Under the pieces are notes generated by a model. The model was given only the letters and a program-made list of their open reading frames with translations, was not told the DNA's origin and did no database searches. A DNA stretch of 64,000 nt from an uncultured Planktomarina sp. (GTDB lineage Bacteria > Pseudomonadota > Alphaproteobacteria > Rhodobacterales > Rhodobacteraceae): assembly GCF_951543265.1 (NCBI RefSeq), contig NZ_CATOCO010000004.1; one strand, given 5' to 3'. The position numbers and the translations under genes were made by a program. This document shows, one piece after another, positions 48,879-59,264 of this stretch (position 1 is the first letter of the stretch; each line of letters begins with the position of its first letter).

Positions 48879-50011
48879 TGCTCTAGCTCGCCAAATCCAA
48901 GCGTTTGCAGGGTCAACTCAACCAACCGGTCAGTTACCACCGCGCCCTCAGACACAACTTGCCATCCCTTTGCCGCCATATCAGCGCAGTGGTCAGGCTC
49001 CATCAGAGCGGCAACCCTCTGGCTTAAATCGCTCTCAACCTGCAGGGGCTGCGTAGCCCCCGCTTCACTCAGGCGCCCATAGGCATGCTGGTAGTTTTCG
49101 ACTTTAGGACCATGCACGACCGCGCTGCCTAATGCTGCGGCAATTAAAGGATTGGGCACAGCACACCCAGAAAAACTGCCCCCCATGTAGGACATCGAGG
49201 CCAGACGGTACCAAAGGCCCGTGTCACTGTCGTCATCGATGAGAAACACCTGCGTGCGTGCATCAGGCTCACCCTCCTCCACCCTTGCGTGGGTTATCAG
49301 ATCAAGTTCATCACACAGCTTCAGAAAATCCACTTCGCAGGCAGGATCAGCCAAATCAAAAATTAAAAGCATCCGATGCACTTTGCGTTGCGCTTGCAAG
49401 AATGCCAGTAAAACAAGTCGCATTTCTTGCGCTGGCACTTGATGCGCAAACCAAACCGGCCGCCCAGCTAAGATCTCGCCGATACGGTCCCGCTCTGCCT
49501 CGTCACATCTCGGCGCCACAACCCCACTCAACAAGGGGCCGAGAACTTCAATATTGCTTGCAGGTAGCCCAAGGTTGCGTAAATGCCCCGTAGCCTCGCC
49601 TGTTTCAACGAAAGCATAGGACACAGGCCACAGGGCTTGCCGAGCAATGGTTTTGCGCCAAAGCCAGGTCCGACCACGCAATTTCCGGGTTTTAGCATTG
49701 ATCAGTATAATGGGAATCGAAAATCGATGGCTCAACGCAAACAAAGGGGTACTGATACTGTCATCAGCCCATAAACACAGATCCGGCGACACCTTGTTGA
49801 GGAAATTCACACCTAATTGAGGCTCGGACTCGTTCAAAATAACGACTTCACTGTCAAAAATCTGATCGGACGCCGGAGCAGACATTAAATAGGATATGGA
49901 AGGTTCACTGATATGAGCACGCATCAGCACCTCACGCATCGCATCAATTGCAGCCGGTGTGGCTGCATGCGCCCATATCATAGGACCGTCTGCCCGCGTG
50001 AGTATTGTCAT
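48875..50011 (-). CDS. waaA: 3-deoxy-D-manno-octulosonic-acid transferase-like glycosyltransferase
   Basis: GPMIWAHAAT N-terminal motif. 4-nt overlap with lpxK (the usual waaA-lpxK pairing). Shorter (378 aa) than typical WaaA. Confidence 0.65.
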   Translation of the reverse strand: MTILTRADGPMIWAHAATPAAIDAMREVLMRAHISEPSISYLMSAPASDQIFDSEVVILNESEPQLGVNFLNKVSPDLCLWADDSISTPLFALSHRFSIPIILINAKTRKLRGRTWLWRKTIARQALWPVSYAFVETGEATGHLRNLGLPASNIEVLGPLLSGVVAPRCDEAERDRIGEILAGRPVWFAHQVPAQEMRLVLLAFLQAQRKVHRMLLIFDLADPACEVDFLKLCDELDLITHARVEEGEPDARTQVFLIDDDSDTGLWYRLASMSYMGGSFSGCAVPNPLIAAALGSAVVHGPKVENYQHAYGRLSEAGATQPLQVESDLSQRVAALMEPDHCADMAAKGWQVVSEGAVVTDRLVELTLQTLGFGELEQ

Positions 50012-50097
50012 TCCAACACCATCTTACCCAAGACACCAAGCGCGATACCTAAGGTTTCCTCATGTTTTGTATCATCAAGGGGTATCTGAACCCAAGC

Positions 50098-50871
50098 TTA
50101 GGTCAAGCCTGCTATAAGGCCAAAGTGAATGTCGCTGTTGCTTGCAACAATACCGTTCAATTGCCCAGTGATGGAATTAAACACCGGCTGCACTCCGGTT
50201 TGTTCGGTCGCCAGCCCTCCAGCCTCGGCCACAATCAAACATCCTGCCGCCACATCCCATTCCCATGTGGGACGCAGAGTGAGCATGCCATCAAATTCGC
50301 CATTGGCCACCAAACACAGCCGGTAGGCCAAAGACGAACGAAAACTACGTTGTAAATCTGGAAAACCACCAGGCCAAAACTCTTCCTTAAAATTGGCTTT
50401 GGAGGATAAAATATTCGCCCCCGGAGTTTCCCGCCGCGCGGATACGTTGATTGGCACATCGTTCAAATATGCTCCCCCACCCAGCGTTGCGGTGAACATC
50501 AAATCCAACATGGGCATATAGATCGCCGCCACCTCAACCCGCCCCGATTTCGCAATCGCCAAAGAATGCGCCCAATGCGGCGCCCCTTCGATAAAGGCGC
50601 GGGTGCCATCAATTGGGTCAACGATAAACACATTCTCTTGTGAAAGTCGGGTAGCCGAATCTTCAGTTTCCTCAGACAACCAGCCGTAGTCAGGCCGAGC
50701 GGCACGCAGATCATCCGATAGCATGCGATCCACCTCAAGATCTGCTTCAGTGACCGGACCCGCGCTGCCGCCTTTATCCCAAACCTTAGGGCTTTTTTGG
50801 AAGTAGCGCCGGGCGATATCACCAGCTGAGCGCGCCGCCTCGGTTAAGAGTGCGAGATCATTCACCGGCAA
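50098..50871 (-). CDS. inositol monophosphatase / bisphosphate nucleotidase family protein
   Basis: WLSEETED and FIVDPIDGTRAF metal-binding motifs, plus WDVAAG. Confidence 0.85.
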   Translation of the reverse strand: MPVNDLALLTEAARSAGDIARRYFQKSPKVWDKGGSAGPVTEADLEVDRMLSDDLRAARPDYGWLSEETEDSATRLSQENVFIVDPIDGTRAFIEGAPHWAHSLAIAKSGRVEVAAIYMPMLDLMFTATLGGGAYLNDVPINVSARRETPGANILSSKANFKEEFWPGGFPDLQRSFRSSLAYRLCLVANGEFDGMLTLRPTWEWDVAAGCLIVAEAGGLATEQTGVQPVFNSITGQLNGIVASNSDIHFGLIAGLT

Positions 50872-52204
50872 TCGCCATTCCTGGAATCAGCATAGATGGG
50901 ATGACGCGAGACAGATGCGCCCGACCATCATTGGCAGGTACAATTCGCATGAGCATATCGCGCAAATTACCAGCAATCGTACATTCATTCACCGGGTAGG
51001 CAATCTCACCATTTTCCACCCAATACCCAGAAGCGCCACGAGAATAGTCCCCAGTAGTGGAATTGATGGAAGAGCCAATCAAAGAGGTCAACAAGAGCCC
51101 CGTGCCCATATCACGAATCAAATCTTCGCGGCTTTGCGTGCCGGGCGTCAACTCAACATTACCAACGCCGGGTGACGGGGGTCCAGAGGGGCCTCGCATA
51201 GCGGATCCCGTGCTGGACAGCCCCAACTGGGCAGCTGTGGCAAGATCCAAAGTCCATTGCTGCAAGACCCCATCTTCCACAATGTGACGCATAACCACCG
51301 GCAAACCCTCGCCGTCAAACGGACGTGAACCGCCAGTGCGGACCCGATGCGGATTTTCAATCAAAGATATGCCATCGGGCAAAACGGATCCCTGCATCGC
51401 GTCATGCAGCCATGTGGCACCGCGCGCAACCGCAGCACCATTGGTGGCAGACAGTAAATGCCCAATCAACCCGCTTGAAATACGCTCATCATAAAGAACC
51501 GGGAACACCCCTGTGGGCGGCTTGCGCGCGCCCTGGCGCGCAACTGCCCGGGTGCCTGCGCTGTGCCCAACCTCGCCAGCGCCTCGTAAGTCCGCACGGA
51601 AAATACGCGAGTCGCCATCGTAGTCGCGTTCCATATGTGCACCAGTTCCCGAGATTGCGACACATGAAAACCCATGATCAGTCCGCACATAGCCACCGCT
51701 AAATCCATTTGACATACACAGATGAATTCGGCGTGATCCAAATCCTGCACCCGCAGATTGGCACTGCATGACCCCATCCACATCGAGCGCACTTGCTTCG
51801 GCCTCAAGTGCCGTTTGTTGCAATTCTACGGCAGTTGGTTCTTCCGCAGGATCAGCAAGTTGCAAAGCCTCCACGTCCCAATCCGAGGCCAACTCCACCG
51901 CTGTGGCTTGGCGAATGAAAGCGTCATCTGGCGCTTGGCGCGCCATTTCGACGGCACGTTCGGCCATCTGTTGGATCGTATCGGGGCTGGTATCTGACGC
52001 AGAGACACAGGCCTGCCGTGCCCCAACAAAGACCCGCAGGCCAATATCCACCCCTTCGGAGCGCTCTGCTTGCTCAAGCTTTCCCGCGCGCACTTCGATC
52101 GAATGAGAAATGCCATCTACCGCCATGGCGTCACAGGCATCTGCTCCGGCACGTTTGGCAGCATCCAGCAACTGTTGGCCAAGGTCTGTTAAAGATCGTG
52201 TCAT
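50858..52204 (-). CDS. TldD/PmbA-family metalloprotease
   Basis: 448 aa. C-terminal ...GDYSRGASGYWVENGEIAYPV, typical of PmbA/TldE. Confidence 0.8.
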   Translation of the reverse strand: MTRSLTDLGQQLLDAAKRAGADACDAMAVDGISHSIEVRAGKLEQAERSEGVDIGLRVFVGARQACVSASDTSPDTIQQMAERAVEMARQAPDDAFIRQATAVELASDWDVEALQLADPAEEPTAVELQQTALEAEASALDVDGVMQCQSAGAGFGSRRIHLCMSNGFSGGYVRTDHGFSCVAISGTGAHMERDYDGDSRIFRADLRGAGEVGHSAGTRAVARQGARKPPTGVFPVLYDERISSGLIGHLLSATNGAAVARGATWLHDAMQGSVLPDGISLIENPHRVRTGGSRPFDGEGLPVVMRHIVEDGVLQQWTLDLATAAQLGLSSTGSAMRGPSGPPSPGVGNVELTPGTQSREDLIRDMGTGLLLTSLIGSSINSTTGDYSRGASGYWVENGEIAYPVNECTIAGNLRDMLMRIVPANDGRAHLSRVIPSMLIPGMAIAGE

Positions 52205-52406
52205 GGGTTATTCCTCTTCTCACACCTAGCTAACCAGCAATGCCCGGCCCTACAAGGCGGAGCGGTTTCAAGACTTGTTCTCGGCAAAGATTGTTCGTGA
52301 CGATTGGCAGAGTTTGTTAATCTTTACTTGAAACACTCGCTCAACTGCTTATCAGAGCCTCAAACATCGCAGCCAAAACCTGCGCACCAAACAGAGGGGA
52401 AATGAA

Positions 52407-53417
52407 ATGACAAGAATTGGTCTTTTAGGCGCAGGCCGCATCGGACAAGTCCACGCACGCGCCGTGTCGTCCGTGCCAAATGCGCAATTGGTGGCCATAG
52501 CCGACCCTATGGCTGCCGCCGCCAAAGCTGTCCGCGACACCTATGGCTGCGAGATTCGCACCATCGATCAAATTTTGGTGTCTGACGATATCGATGCGGT
52601 AATCATCTGCACACCAACCGACACCCATGCAGATCTGATCGAACAATTTGCCCGTGCCCGCAAAGCAATCTTTTGCGAAAAGCCAGTAGATCTTGACCTT
52701 GCGCGGGTACAAGCCTGTCTTACAGTCGTTGAGGAAACTCAGGCAACTTTGATGGTTGGCTTTCAGCGCCGCTATGATCCTGACTTCCAAGCCCTTCGTG
52801 CGGCCATCGACGCGGGCCAAATTGGCGATGTGGAAATGGTCACGCTAATCAGCCGCGATCCGGGCGCGCCGCCTTATGACTACATTGAACGCTCAGGCGG
52901 AATTTTCCGCGATATGATGATTCATGATTTTGACGTGGCCCGGTGGATGCTTGGCGAAGAAGTTGAGACCGTGCAGGCCGCAGCTTCTGTGCTCACCGAT
53001 CCTGAAATTGGCAACCGTGGTGATTTTGACAGCGCCAACGCGATCCTGCGTACAGCCAGTGGCAAGCAATGCACCATCACCAACTCACGTCGCGCGACAT
53101 TTGGCTATGATCAACGCATTGAAGTGCACGGCTCTGGGGGCTCTGTGACCGCAGACAATCATCATCAATCGAGGATCACTTTGGCCAATGGCGCAGGCTA
53201 TACCCGCGCACCTTTGCTCGATTTTTTCATGAACCGCTATATCGCCGCCTATGCCGCAGAGATTGGGCATTTTGTAGAGTGCGTGACTACAGGCAGTCAG
53301 CCACGCACCAGCGGCTATGATGGGCTGATGTCTATCGCGCTTGCCGAAGCCGCATTAGAATCTGTGCGCACAGGTGCCGCCGTACGTCCCGCCGACATTT
53401 TGGCAGGTCGTAAATAA
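52407..53417 (+). CDS. Gfo/Idh/MocA-family oxidoreductase (inositol 2-dehydrogenase-like)
   Basis: MTRIGLLGAGRIGQVHA Rossmann motif, IFCEKP. 336 aa. Confidence 0.75.
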   Translation: MTRIGLLGAGRIGQVHARAVSSVPNAQLVAIADPMAAAAKAVRDTYGCEIRTIDQILVSDDIDAVIICTPTDTHADLIEQFARARKAIFCEKPVDLDLARVQACLTVVEETQATLMVGFQRRYDPDFQALRAAIDAGQIGDVEMVTLISRDPGAPPYDYIERSGGIFRDMMIHDFDVARWMLGEEVETVQAAASVLTDPEIGNRGDFDSANAILRTASGKQCTITNSRRATFGYDQRIEVHGSGGSVTADNHHQSRITLANGAGYTRAPLLDFFMNRYIAAYAAEIGHFVECVTTGSQPRTSGYDGLMSIALAEAALESVRTGAAVRPADILAGRK

Positions 53418-53505
53418 GCAGACTGACACTCGGCAACATAAATAAGGTGACAGAATATGGCATTATGTGTCACGTTCTGTCATCTCATTATGAAAGCCAA
53501 GACAG

Positions 53506-53921
53506 ATGACTTTGCACAAACGCATTCGGCCTTTTAACACCAAAGAAACCTATCCAGAGCAACAGCTGGACAATGATCTGTGCCAAGCCGTCGTGCGCGG
53601 GGCAGAATGGTTTTTCTACGTGGGCAAGTCTCTCAAGATCTCGACAGCCGCGAAAACCTTCACGAGGGAGACTCAGCCAAGCAAACCGAAAAGACGATGC
53701 GGAATATCGCCTTACTTTTAGAAGAGGCCGGAACCACGATGGGGGCCGTCTGCCGCATTGTGGTGTACCTCACCGATATTCGCTATCGCGAAGCGGTTTA
53801 TCAAGAGATGGGCAAATGGCTTAAAGGCGTGCATCCCTGCTCCACCGGCATTGTGGTCTCAGCCCTAGCGCGCCCAGAATGGGTCGTCGAGATTGAAGTT
53901 ACCGCTGTGATCCCAGATTAA
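53506..53921 (+). pseudogene. RidA/YjgF-family gene with an apparent -1 frameshift
   Basis: The N-terminal part (MTLHKRIRPFNTKETYPEQQLDNDLCQAVVRG) is in frame 1. The rest (VFLRGQVSQDLD...EIEVTAVIPD) is in another frame. The switch point coincides with the GGGG run at 53599-53602. Confidence 0.6.
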
Positions 53922-53958
53922 CACGATGGGCGTAGGCGCGCTCTGTAAAGGATAGCCC

Positions 53959-54636
53959 ATGACATTCTCTATCACAGGTCGTTGCGTAGAAACTGGGATG
54001 TTTGGAGTGGCGATTAGCACATCCTCAATTAACGTTGGATCCCGTTGCCCACATTCCCGCGCAGGTGTGGGTGCTGTGGCCACGCAAAATATAACAGACC
54101 CGCATTTGGCGCGTTTGGTTTTGGATGAGATGGAGGCGGGATACTCAGCCCAAGAGGCCATCAGTCGCATCACTGAAAATCGCGAGTTCATCGACTACCG
54201 ACAACTCACCGCCGTGGACACAGCAGGCACCACCGCCCATTTCACCGGCACGCATATACTGGGCACTCATACCGTCCATCAGGCGCGCGATTGCGTTGCG
54301 GCGGGCAATCTACTGTCCTCTGCCCATGTGCCCAAAGCGATGACAGCGGGCTTCAACCAAGACCCAACGGCACATTTGGCGGACCGCTTACTGTCAGGCT
54401 TGGAGGCAGGGATTGCCGCAGGAGGCGAAGCCGGCCCCGTACATTCCGCAGCTTTGATTGTGTCGGATAAGATGCCGTTTTATTTGGTGGACCTGCGGAT
54501 CGACTGGGACGAAGACGATCCGGTAGCAAAGCTGCGCCAGCATTGGCAGGCCTATGCGCCTCAAATGCAGGATTATTTGAACCGCGCGATCAACCCCACA
54601 GCAGCTCCAAGTTATGGCGTGGCAGGTGACCCCTAA
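53959..54636 (+). CDS. DUF1028 (Ntn-hydrolase-like) family protein
   Basis: MTFSITGRC...GMFGVAISTSS...VGAVATQN N-terminal pattern of DUF1028. Confidence 0.7.
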   Translation: MTFSITGRCVETGMFGVAISTSSINVGSRCPHSRAGVGAVATQNITDPHLARLVLDEMEAGYSAQEAISRITENREFIDYRQLTAVDTAGTTAHFTGTHILGTHTVHQARDCVAAGNLLSSAHVPKAMTAGFNQDPTAHLADRLLSGLEAGIAAGGEAGPVHSAALIVSDKMPFYLVDLRIDWDEDDPVAKLRQHWQAYAPQMQDYLNRAINPTAAPSYGVAGDP

Positions 54637-54707
54637 GCTTGCGTCATATTCAAATGGACAGTCCGCGCAAAGATGCCTAGCCTCTATTTAGAAACGCGGA
54701 GTTGCCC

Positions 54708-54989
54708 ATGCCTTTACCCCTTGCCCCCATCGCAGGATTTGCAATCAGATATGGTGCCGTTGCCTTGGCGACCTATGCAGCAACACGCGCCATTGCCCAT
54801 CTACCAAGATCACAATCGTCGGAAGATGCTTTGGATCGAGTGAACGAAGGGCTTGAGCTGCGTCGTGATCGCGAACAAGTAAACGCCTCAGGCCGCTGGC
54901 GGCGGTCCATAAGACTTAGCAAAACCGGGCCGGGCGTTGAGATTGACGCGACAGCTCTCACAAGAATTCAGCTTCGGAAGGTGACTTAA
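54708..54989 (+). CDS. hypothetical small protein with N-terminal hydrophobic segment
   Basis: ORF only; ATG 54708 preferred over TTG 54702. No motif recognised. Confidence 0.35.
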   Translation: MPLPLAPIAGFAIRYGAVALATYAATRAIAHLPRSQSSEDALDRVNEGLELRRDREQVNASGRWRRSIRLSKTGPGVEIDATALTRIQLRKVT

Positions 54990-54990
54990 T

Positions 54991-55596
54991 ATGCAATTGA
55001 TCATGGCGGAGGCCTCTCCCTTTGCGCGGAAGGTACGAGTGCTCTTACGCGAAACAGGCCAGCTAAAAGATGTGCAGGAGGTCCATGTGGCCACTTCACC
55101 CATGCACACTGACGCCAAGGTTAAAGCGGCCAATCCCACCGGGCGTATCCCGTCGCTCATTCGCCCTGACGGCCCCGCGCTTTACGACAGCCGCGTCATC
55201 ACACGCTATCTAGACGCACGCGTCAATGCAGGCCTTTACCCAGAGGCGGAGCTTTGGGACGTGCTGACGCTGGAAGCTACTGGCGATTCGATGATGGATA
55301 GTGCCGTCAGCATTTCCTATGAAAGCCGCTTGCGATCTGAACATATGGTCAGCACCGATTGGATGGATGCCCAATGGACGAAAGTCATGGGCGGCTGCGA
55401 TGCGCTACAAAGCGATTGGATGCCTCAGCTGAACGGCCCAATGACCATGGCCCACATATCTACGGCCTGCGCCTTAGGCTATCTCGACCTGCGCCATGAT
55501 GCACGCAACTGGCGGCAAGGTCACGACGCTTTGGCCACATGGTTCACCACCTTCGCAAAGCGCGACAGCCTCGTGGACACGCATTTCGACGGATAA
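54991..55596 (+). CDS. glutathione S-transferase family protein
   Basis: SPFARKVRVLL...NPTGRIPSL...LYDSRVITRYLD, a thioredoxin-like GST N-domain. Confidence 0.8.
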   Translation: MQLIMAEASPFARKVRVLLRETGQLKDVQEVHVATSPMHTDAKVKAANPTGRIPSLIRPDGPALYDSRVITRYLDARVNAGLYPEAELWDVLTLEATGDSMMDSAVSISYESRLRSEHMVSTDWMDAQWTKVMGGCDALQSDWMPQLNGPMTMAHISTACALGYLDLRHDARNWRQGHDALATWFTTFAKRDSLVDTHFDG

Positions 55597-55794
55597 TGTC
55601 TCCGCAGCAGCCCTTATCGCCCAGCATTTAGAAATGTCACTTAAATGCGGCAAATTTACCCCTTGTAGGCTGCGCCCGAATGTCCGCTGGACGTGGCCCG
55701 ATCCCTGGGCTAGGAACCGCATCGAGTGACCCTACATTAGTGGGGTTCGAGTCTTTGGGCCAGTTATGGTCATAAATTAACTTGGAGGAACCTC

Positions 55795-56367
55795 GTGGCG
55801 CATACAGATGAACACGAAGGCACCCGTAGAGATTTTCTCTACTACGCAACTGCAGGTGCAGGCGCAGTAGCGACGGGCGCAGCGGTTTGGCCTTTGGTCA
55901 ACCAGATGAACCCCTCGGCGGACGTATTGGCCTTAGCCTCGATCCGTGTGGATGTCGCTGACGTTGAACCCGGCACGCAAATCACCGTTCTATGGCAAGG
56001 TAAGCCTGTTTTCATCCGCCGTCGCACCGACAGCGAGATCCAAGCAGCCCGTGCTGTAAACATAGATGAGTTGATTGACGGCAATGACCGCAACGACAAC
56101 AAACCTGATCTGCCCGCTACTGACGAAAATCGCACGTTGGACGAAAACGGCGAATGGTTGGTCATGCTGGGAGTTTGCACCCACTTGGGCTGTGTGCCTT
56201 TGGGCGATGGCGCCGGTGAATTCGGTGGTTGGTTCTGCCCATGCCACGGGTCGCACTATGATACAGCAGGCCGCATCCGCAAAGGTCCGGCTCCAAAAAA
56301 TCTATTGGTTCCAGTAGCCCGTTTCGACGGTGAGACTGAACTGGTTATCGGTAAGGAGAACGCATAA
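55795..56367 (+). CDS. petA: ubiquinol-cytochrome c reductase Rieske iron-sulfur subunit
   Basis: Tat-like [14 protein letters not shown]. Rieske boxes CTHLGCVP and [12 protein letters not shown] start. Confidence 0.93.
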   Translation: MAHTDEHEGTRRDFLYYATAGAGAVATGAAVWPLVNQMNPSADVLALASIRVDVADVEPGTQITVLWQGKPVFIRRRTDSEIQAARAVNIDELIDGNDRNDNKPDLPATDENRTLDENGEWLVMLGVCTHLGCVPLGDGAGEFGGWFCPCHGSHYDTAGRIRKGPAPKNLLVPVARFDGETELVIGKENA

Positions 56368-57704
56368 TGGGCGGCATTCCACACGATCATTACGAACCAA
56401 AGTCGAAATCAGCAAAAGCGTTTCATGCGCGCTTGCCGATAGTTGGTCTATTATATGACACATTGATGTTTCCAACTCCAAAAAATCTAAACTGGATGTG
56501 GATTTGGGGTATCGTTTTGACATTTTGTCTTGCGATGCAAATCGTTACTGGCGTTGTGCTGGTGATGCATTACACGCCACATGTTGATCTGGCTTTTGCC
56601 TCGATCGAACACATCATGCGTGATGTAAACGGCGGCCATATGATTCGCTATTTCCACATGAATGGCGCGTCTTTGTTCTTTATTGCTGTTTATGCGCATA
56701 TTTTTCGTGGCCTATATTATGGCAGCTACAAAGCTCCACGTGAGGTCACGTGGATCATAGGCATGCTGATCTACCTCCTTATGATGGCAACCGGTTTCTT
56801 GGGCTATGTTTTGCCTTGGGGTCAAATGTCATTCCACGGTACAGCTGTAATCACCGGTCTTTTTGGCGCTATCCCCTTCATTGGTGAATCGCTTCAAACT
56901 TGGCTGCTGGGCGCAAGCGCAGTGGGTCAACCTGCTTTGAACCGCTTTTTCAGCCTGCACTATCTCCTTCCATTCCTGATCGCGGGTTTAGTAATCGTGC
57001 ACATCTGGGCGTTCCACACCACTGGCAACAATAACCCAACCGGTGTCGAAGTGCGCAGAGGTTCAAAGGTAGAAGCGGAAAAAGACACACTGCCATTCTG
57101 GCCATATTTTGTAGTGAAAGATTTGTTTGCTTTAGCGCTGATCCTCACTGTGTTCATGGCGATTGTTGGCTTTATGCCAAACTATCTGGGCCACCCCGAT
57201 AACTATATTGAGGCCAACGCATTAGTGACACCTGCGCATATTGTGCCAGAATGGTACTACCTACCATTCTACGCAATCCTGCGCGCCTTCACATCTGAGG
57301 TTTGGGTTGTTCAAATCGCAAGCTTTGTCACCGGTGGTATTGTCGATGCTAAGTTCTTTGGTGTCTTGGCTATGTTTGGTGCCATTGCGGTTATGGCTTT
57401 GGCGCCTTGGTTAGACACATCCACCGTTCGTTCAGGCCGTTACCGCCCAATGTTCAAATGGTGGTTTGGCATCTTGGTTGCTGACTTCATCTTCCTGATG
57501 TGGTTGGGCGCACGCCCTGCAGCAGAGCCCTATGCAACTTTCTCCCTGATTGGCGCAACCTACTGGTTTGCCTACTTCCTGGTTATCTTGCCTTTGTTGG
57601 GCGTGCTCGAAAAACCATCGACACCCCCCACAACTATCGAAGATGACTTTAATGCCAAATACGGCAAATCGGGCGCAGCTGATGCTGCCAACCCGGCAGA
57701 GTGA
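56367..57704 (+). CDS. petB: cytochrome b
   Basis: 445 aa, with [21 protein letters not shown] (sic) and [13 protein letters not shown] motifs. Confidence 0.95.
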   Translation: MGGIPHDHYEPKSKSAKAFHARLPIVGLLYDTLMFPTPKNLNWMWIWGIVLTFCLAMQIVTGVVLVMHYTPHVDLAFASIEHIMRDVNGGHMIRYFHMNGASLFFIAVYAHIFRGLYYGSYKAPREVTWIIGMLIYLLMMATGFLGYVLPWGQMSFHGTAVITGLFGAIPFIGESLQTWLLGASAVGQPALNRFFSLHYLLPFLIAGLVIVHIWAFHTTGNNNPTGVEVRRGSKVEAEKDTLPFWPYFVVKDLFALALILTVFMAIVGFMPNYLGHPDNYIEANALVTPAHIVPEWYYLPFYAILRAFTSEVWVVQIASFVTGGIVDAKFFGVLAMFGAIAVMALAPWLDTSTVRSGRYRPMFKWWFGILVADFIFLMWLGARPAAEPYATFSLIGATYWFAYFLVILPLLGVLEKPSTPPTTIEDDFNAKYGKSGAADAANPAE

Positions 57705-57718
57705 GAAGGGAACTAGAT

Positions 57719-58519
57719 ATGTTCAAGAGACTCACATTAGGTGTCACACTGGCTTTAGCCCTTGCCGCTGGCGGGGCACAAGCTGCCGGCAGCGAAGGTC
57801 ATGTCGAAGATCACGCCTTCTCGTTTGAAGGCCCGTTCGGCTCCTACGATCAAGAGCAACTGCGTCGCGGTCTGAAGGTTTATACCGAAGTCTGCTCCGC
57901 ATGTCACGGCATGAAGTTTGTTGCCATCCGCTCTTTGGGCGATGAGGGCGGTCCCCTTTTGAGCAAAGCTGAGGTGCGTGCCTATGCATCCGAATTTGTT
58001 GAAGTCTGGGATCAGTCACTGAATGATGGTGAAGGTGATTATCGCGAGGCACTGCCCGCCGATCACTTCCCAAAAGGTGGCAATGCAAACGCTCCTGACT
58101 TATCATTGATGGCGAAAGCTCGTGCGGGCTTTCACGGCCCAGCCGGTACAGGTATTAACCAACTGCTGAAAGGCATGGGCGGTGCTGAGTATATTTATTC
58201 GTTAATTACAGGCTATACTGGTGAGGAAAAAACATCGGCGGGTGTGACCCTATATGAAAACAGTGCTTATCCTGGTGGTTGGATCTCAATGGCCCCCCCT
58301 CTTTACGGTGAAGACGTTGAATTTGCAGATGGACACAAGAATGATCTCGAGCATCTTTCTGAGGACATTTCCGCGTTTCTAATGTGGACGGCAGAGCCAA
58401 AACTCAACGATCGCAAACGCGCTGGACTGCTTGGAGTTCTAATATTGGGCTTTTTGACGCTGATGTTGTTTTTGGCTAACAAAGCCCTGTGGCGGCCAAT
58501 AAAATACAAAAAAGACTAG
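57719..58519 (+). CDS. petC: cytochrome c1
   Basis: Signal peptide MFKRLTLGVTLALALAAGGAQA, heme site CSACHGM, and a C-terminal TM anchor. Confidence 0.9.
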   Translation: MFKRLTLGVTLALALAAGGAQAAGSEGHVEDHAFSFEGPFGSYDQEQLRRGLKVYTEVCSACHGMKFVAIRSLGDEGGPLLSKAEVRAYASEFVEVWDQSLNDGEGDYREALPADHFPKGGNANAPDLSLMAKARAGFHGPAGTGINQLLKGMGGAEYIYSLITGYTGEEKTSAGVTLYENSAYPGGWISMAPPLYGEDVEFADGHKNDLEHLSEDISAFLMWTAEPKLNDRKRAGLLGVLILGFLTLMLFLANKALWRPIKYKKD

Positions 58520-58537
58520 GTCTTTTAAAATACCGAG

Positions 58538-58567
58538 AAAACGCGTCTCAACTGAGGCGCGTTTTTT
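58538..58567. terminator. bidirectional rho-independent terminator between petC and thiQ
   Basis: Stem cgcgtctc / gaggcgcg (one G-U pair), loop aact, flanked by AAAA on the left and TTTTTT on the right. Confidence 0.65.
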
Positions 58568-59264
58568 ATGTCCTATGACCAAGATAGGCACGCAAAGCCG
58601 GTGGCGGTGCGTCAAACAACTGCTGGATTGGCTGCGGTACCATAGCCACGCCATCCGCCACCAGTATCGCTTGATTTGCAAAAGCCAAGGCGTCCTTTGG
58701 ATCATGGGTGACCATCAAAGCGGTAGCGCTTGTGACGTGTAATATCTGGCGCAACACATCAAGCATTTCATCCTTTAAGGCAGGCCCAAGTGCCGAGAAC
58801 GGTTCGTCCAGCAATAACAATGGGCGTTGCCGCAACAACATCCGAGCAAGGCCAACCCGACCTTGTTGCCCGCCTGACAAGTCACGCGGATAGGAAGCTG
58901 ATTTATCTGATAATCCGACCTGATCCAAAGCGGCTCGAACCTGCTGCTTTTGCGTCTGCGACAGCCGCATGTCCCGACTGATGCCAATCGCGACATTGTC
59001 CATTACATTTAAGTGCGGAAACAAATTATGATCTTGAAATAATATACTCAGAGGGCGCAACCCCGGATGATCCGGCATCGGCTGGCCCTGCCAAAGAACC
59101 TGCCCCTCGTCAGTTGCGATAAATCCAGCAATGCCGTTCAAAAAAGTGGATTTACCACCCCCCGATGGGCCAATCACCGCCACACGTGCGCCCGTTGGAA
59201 TTAAAAGATCCGCCCCAAGTGTAAAATCACCCTGTCGAAACTGAACTTTATGGAGAGCCAGCAT
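58566..59264 (-). CDS. thiQ: thiamine ABC transporter ATP-binding protein
   Basis: Walker A GPSGGGKST, signature LSGGQQGRVGLAR, Walker B LLLDEP. Last gene after the permease and binding protein behind a TPP riboswitch. Confidence 0.8.
   Translation of the reverse strand: MLALHKVQFRQGDFTLGADLLIPTGARVAVIGPSGGGKSTFLNGIAGFIATDEGQVLWQGQPMPDHPGLRPLSILFQDHNLFPHLNVMDNVAIGISRDMRLSQTQKQQVRAALDQVGLSDKSASYPRDLSGGQQGRVGLARMLLRQRPLLLLDEPFSALGPALKDEMLDVLRQILHVTSATALMVTHDPKDALAFANQAILVADGVAMVPQPIQQLFDAPPPALRAYLGHRT

Noticed and set aside
55754-55763. GGTTCGAGTC, a tRNA T-loop-like string upstream of petA
   Set aside because: The flanking bases do not form a T-stem (tgggg vs ctttg), and no acceptor, anticodon or D arms can be drawn. 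Not a tRNA or an obvious tRNA remnant.
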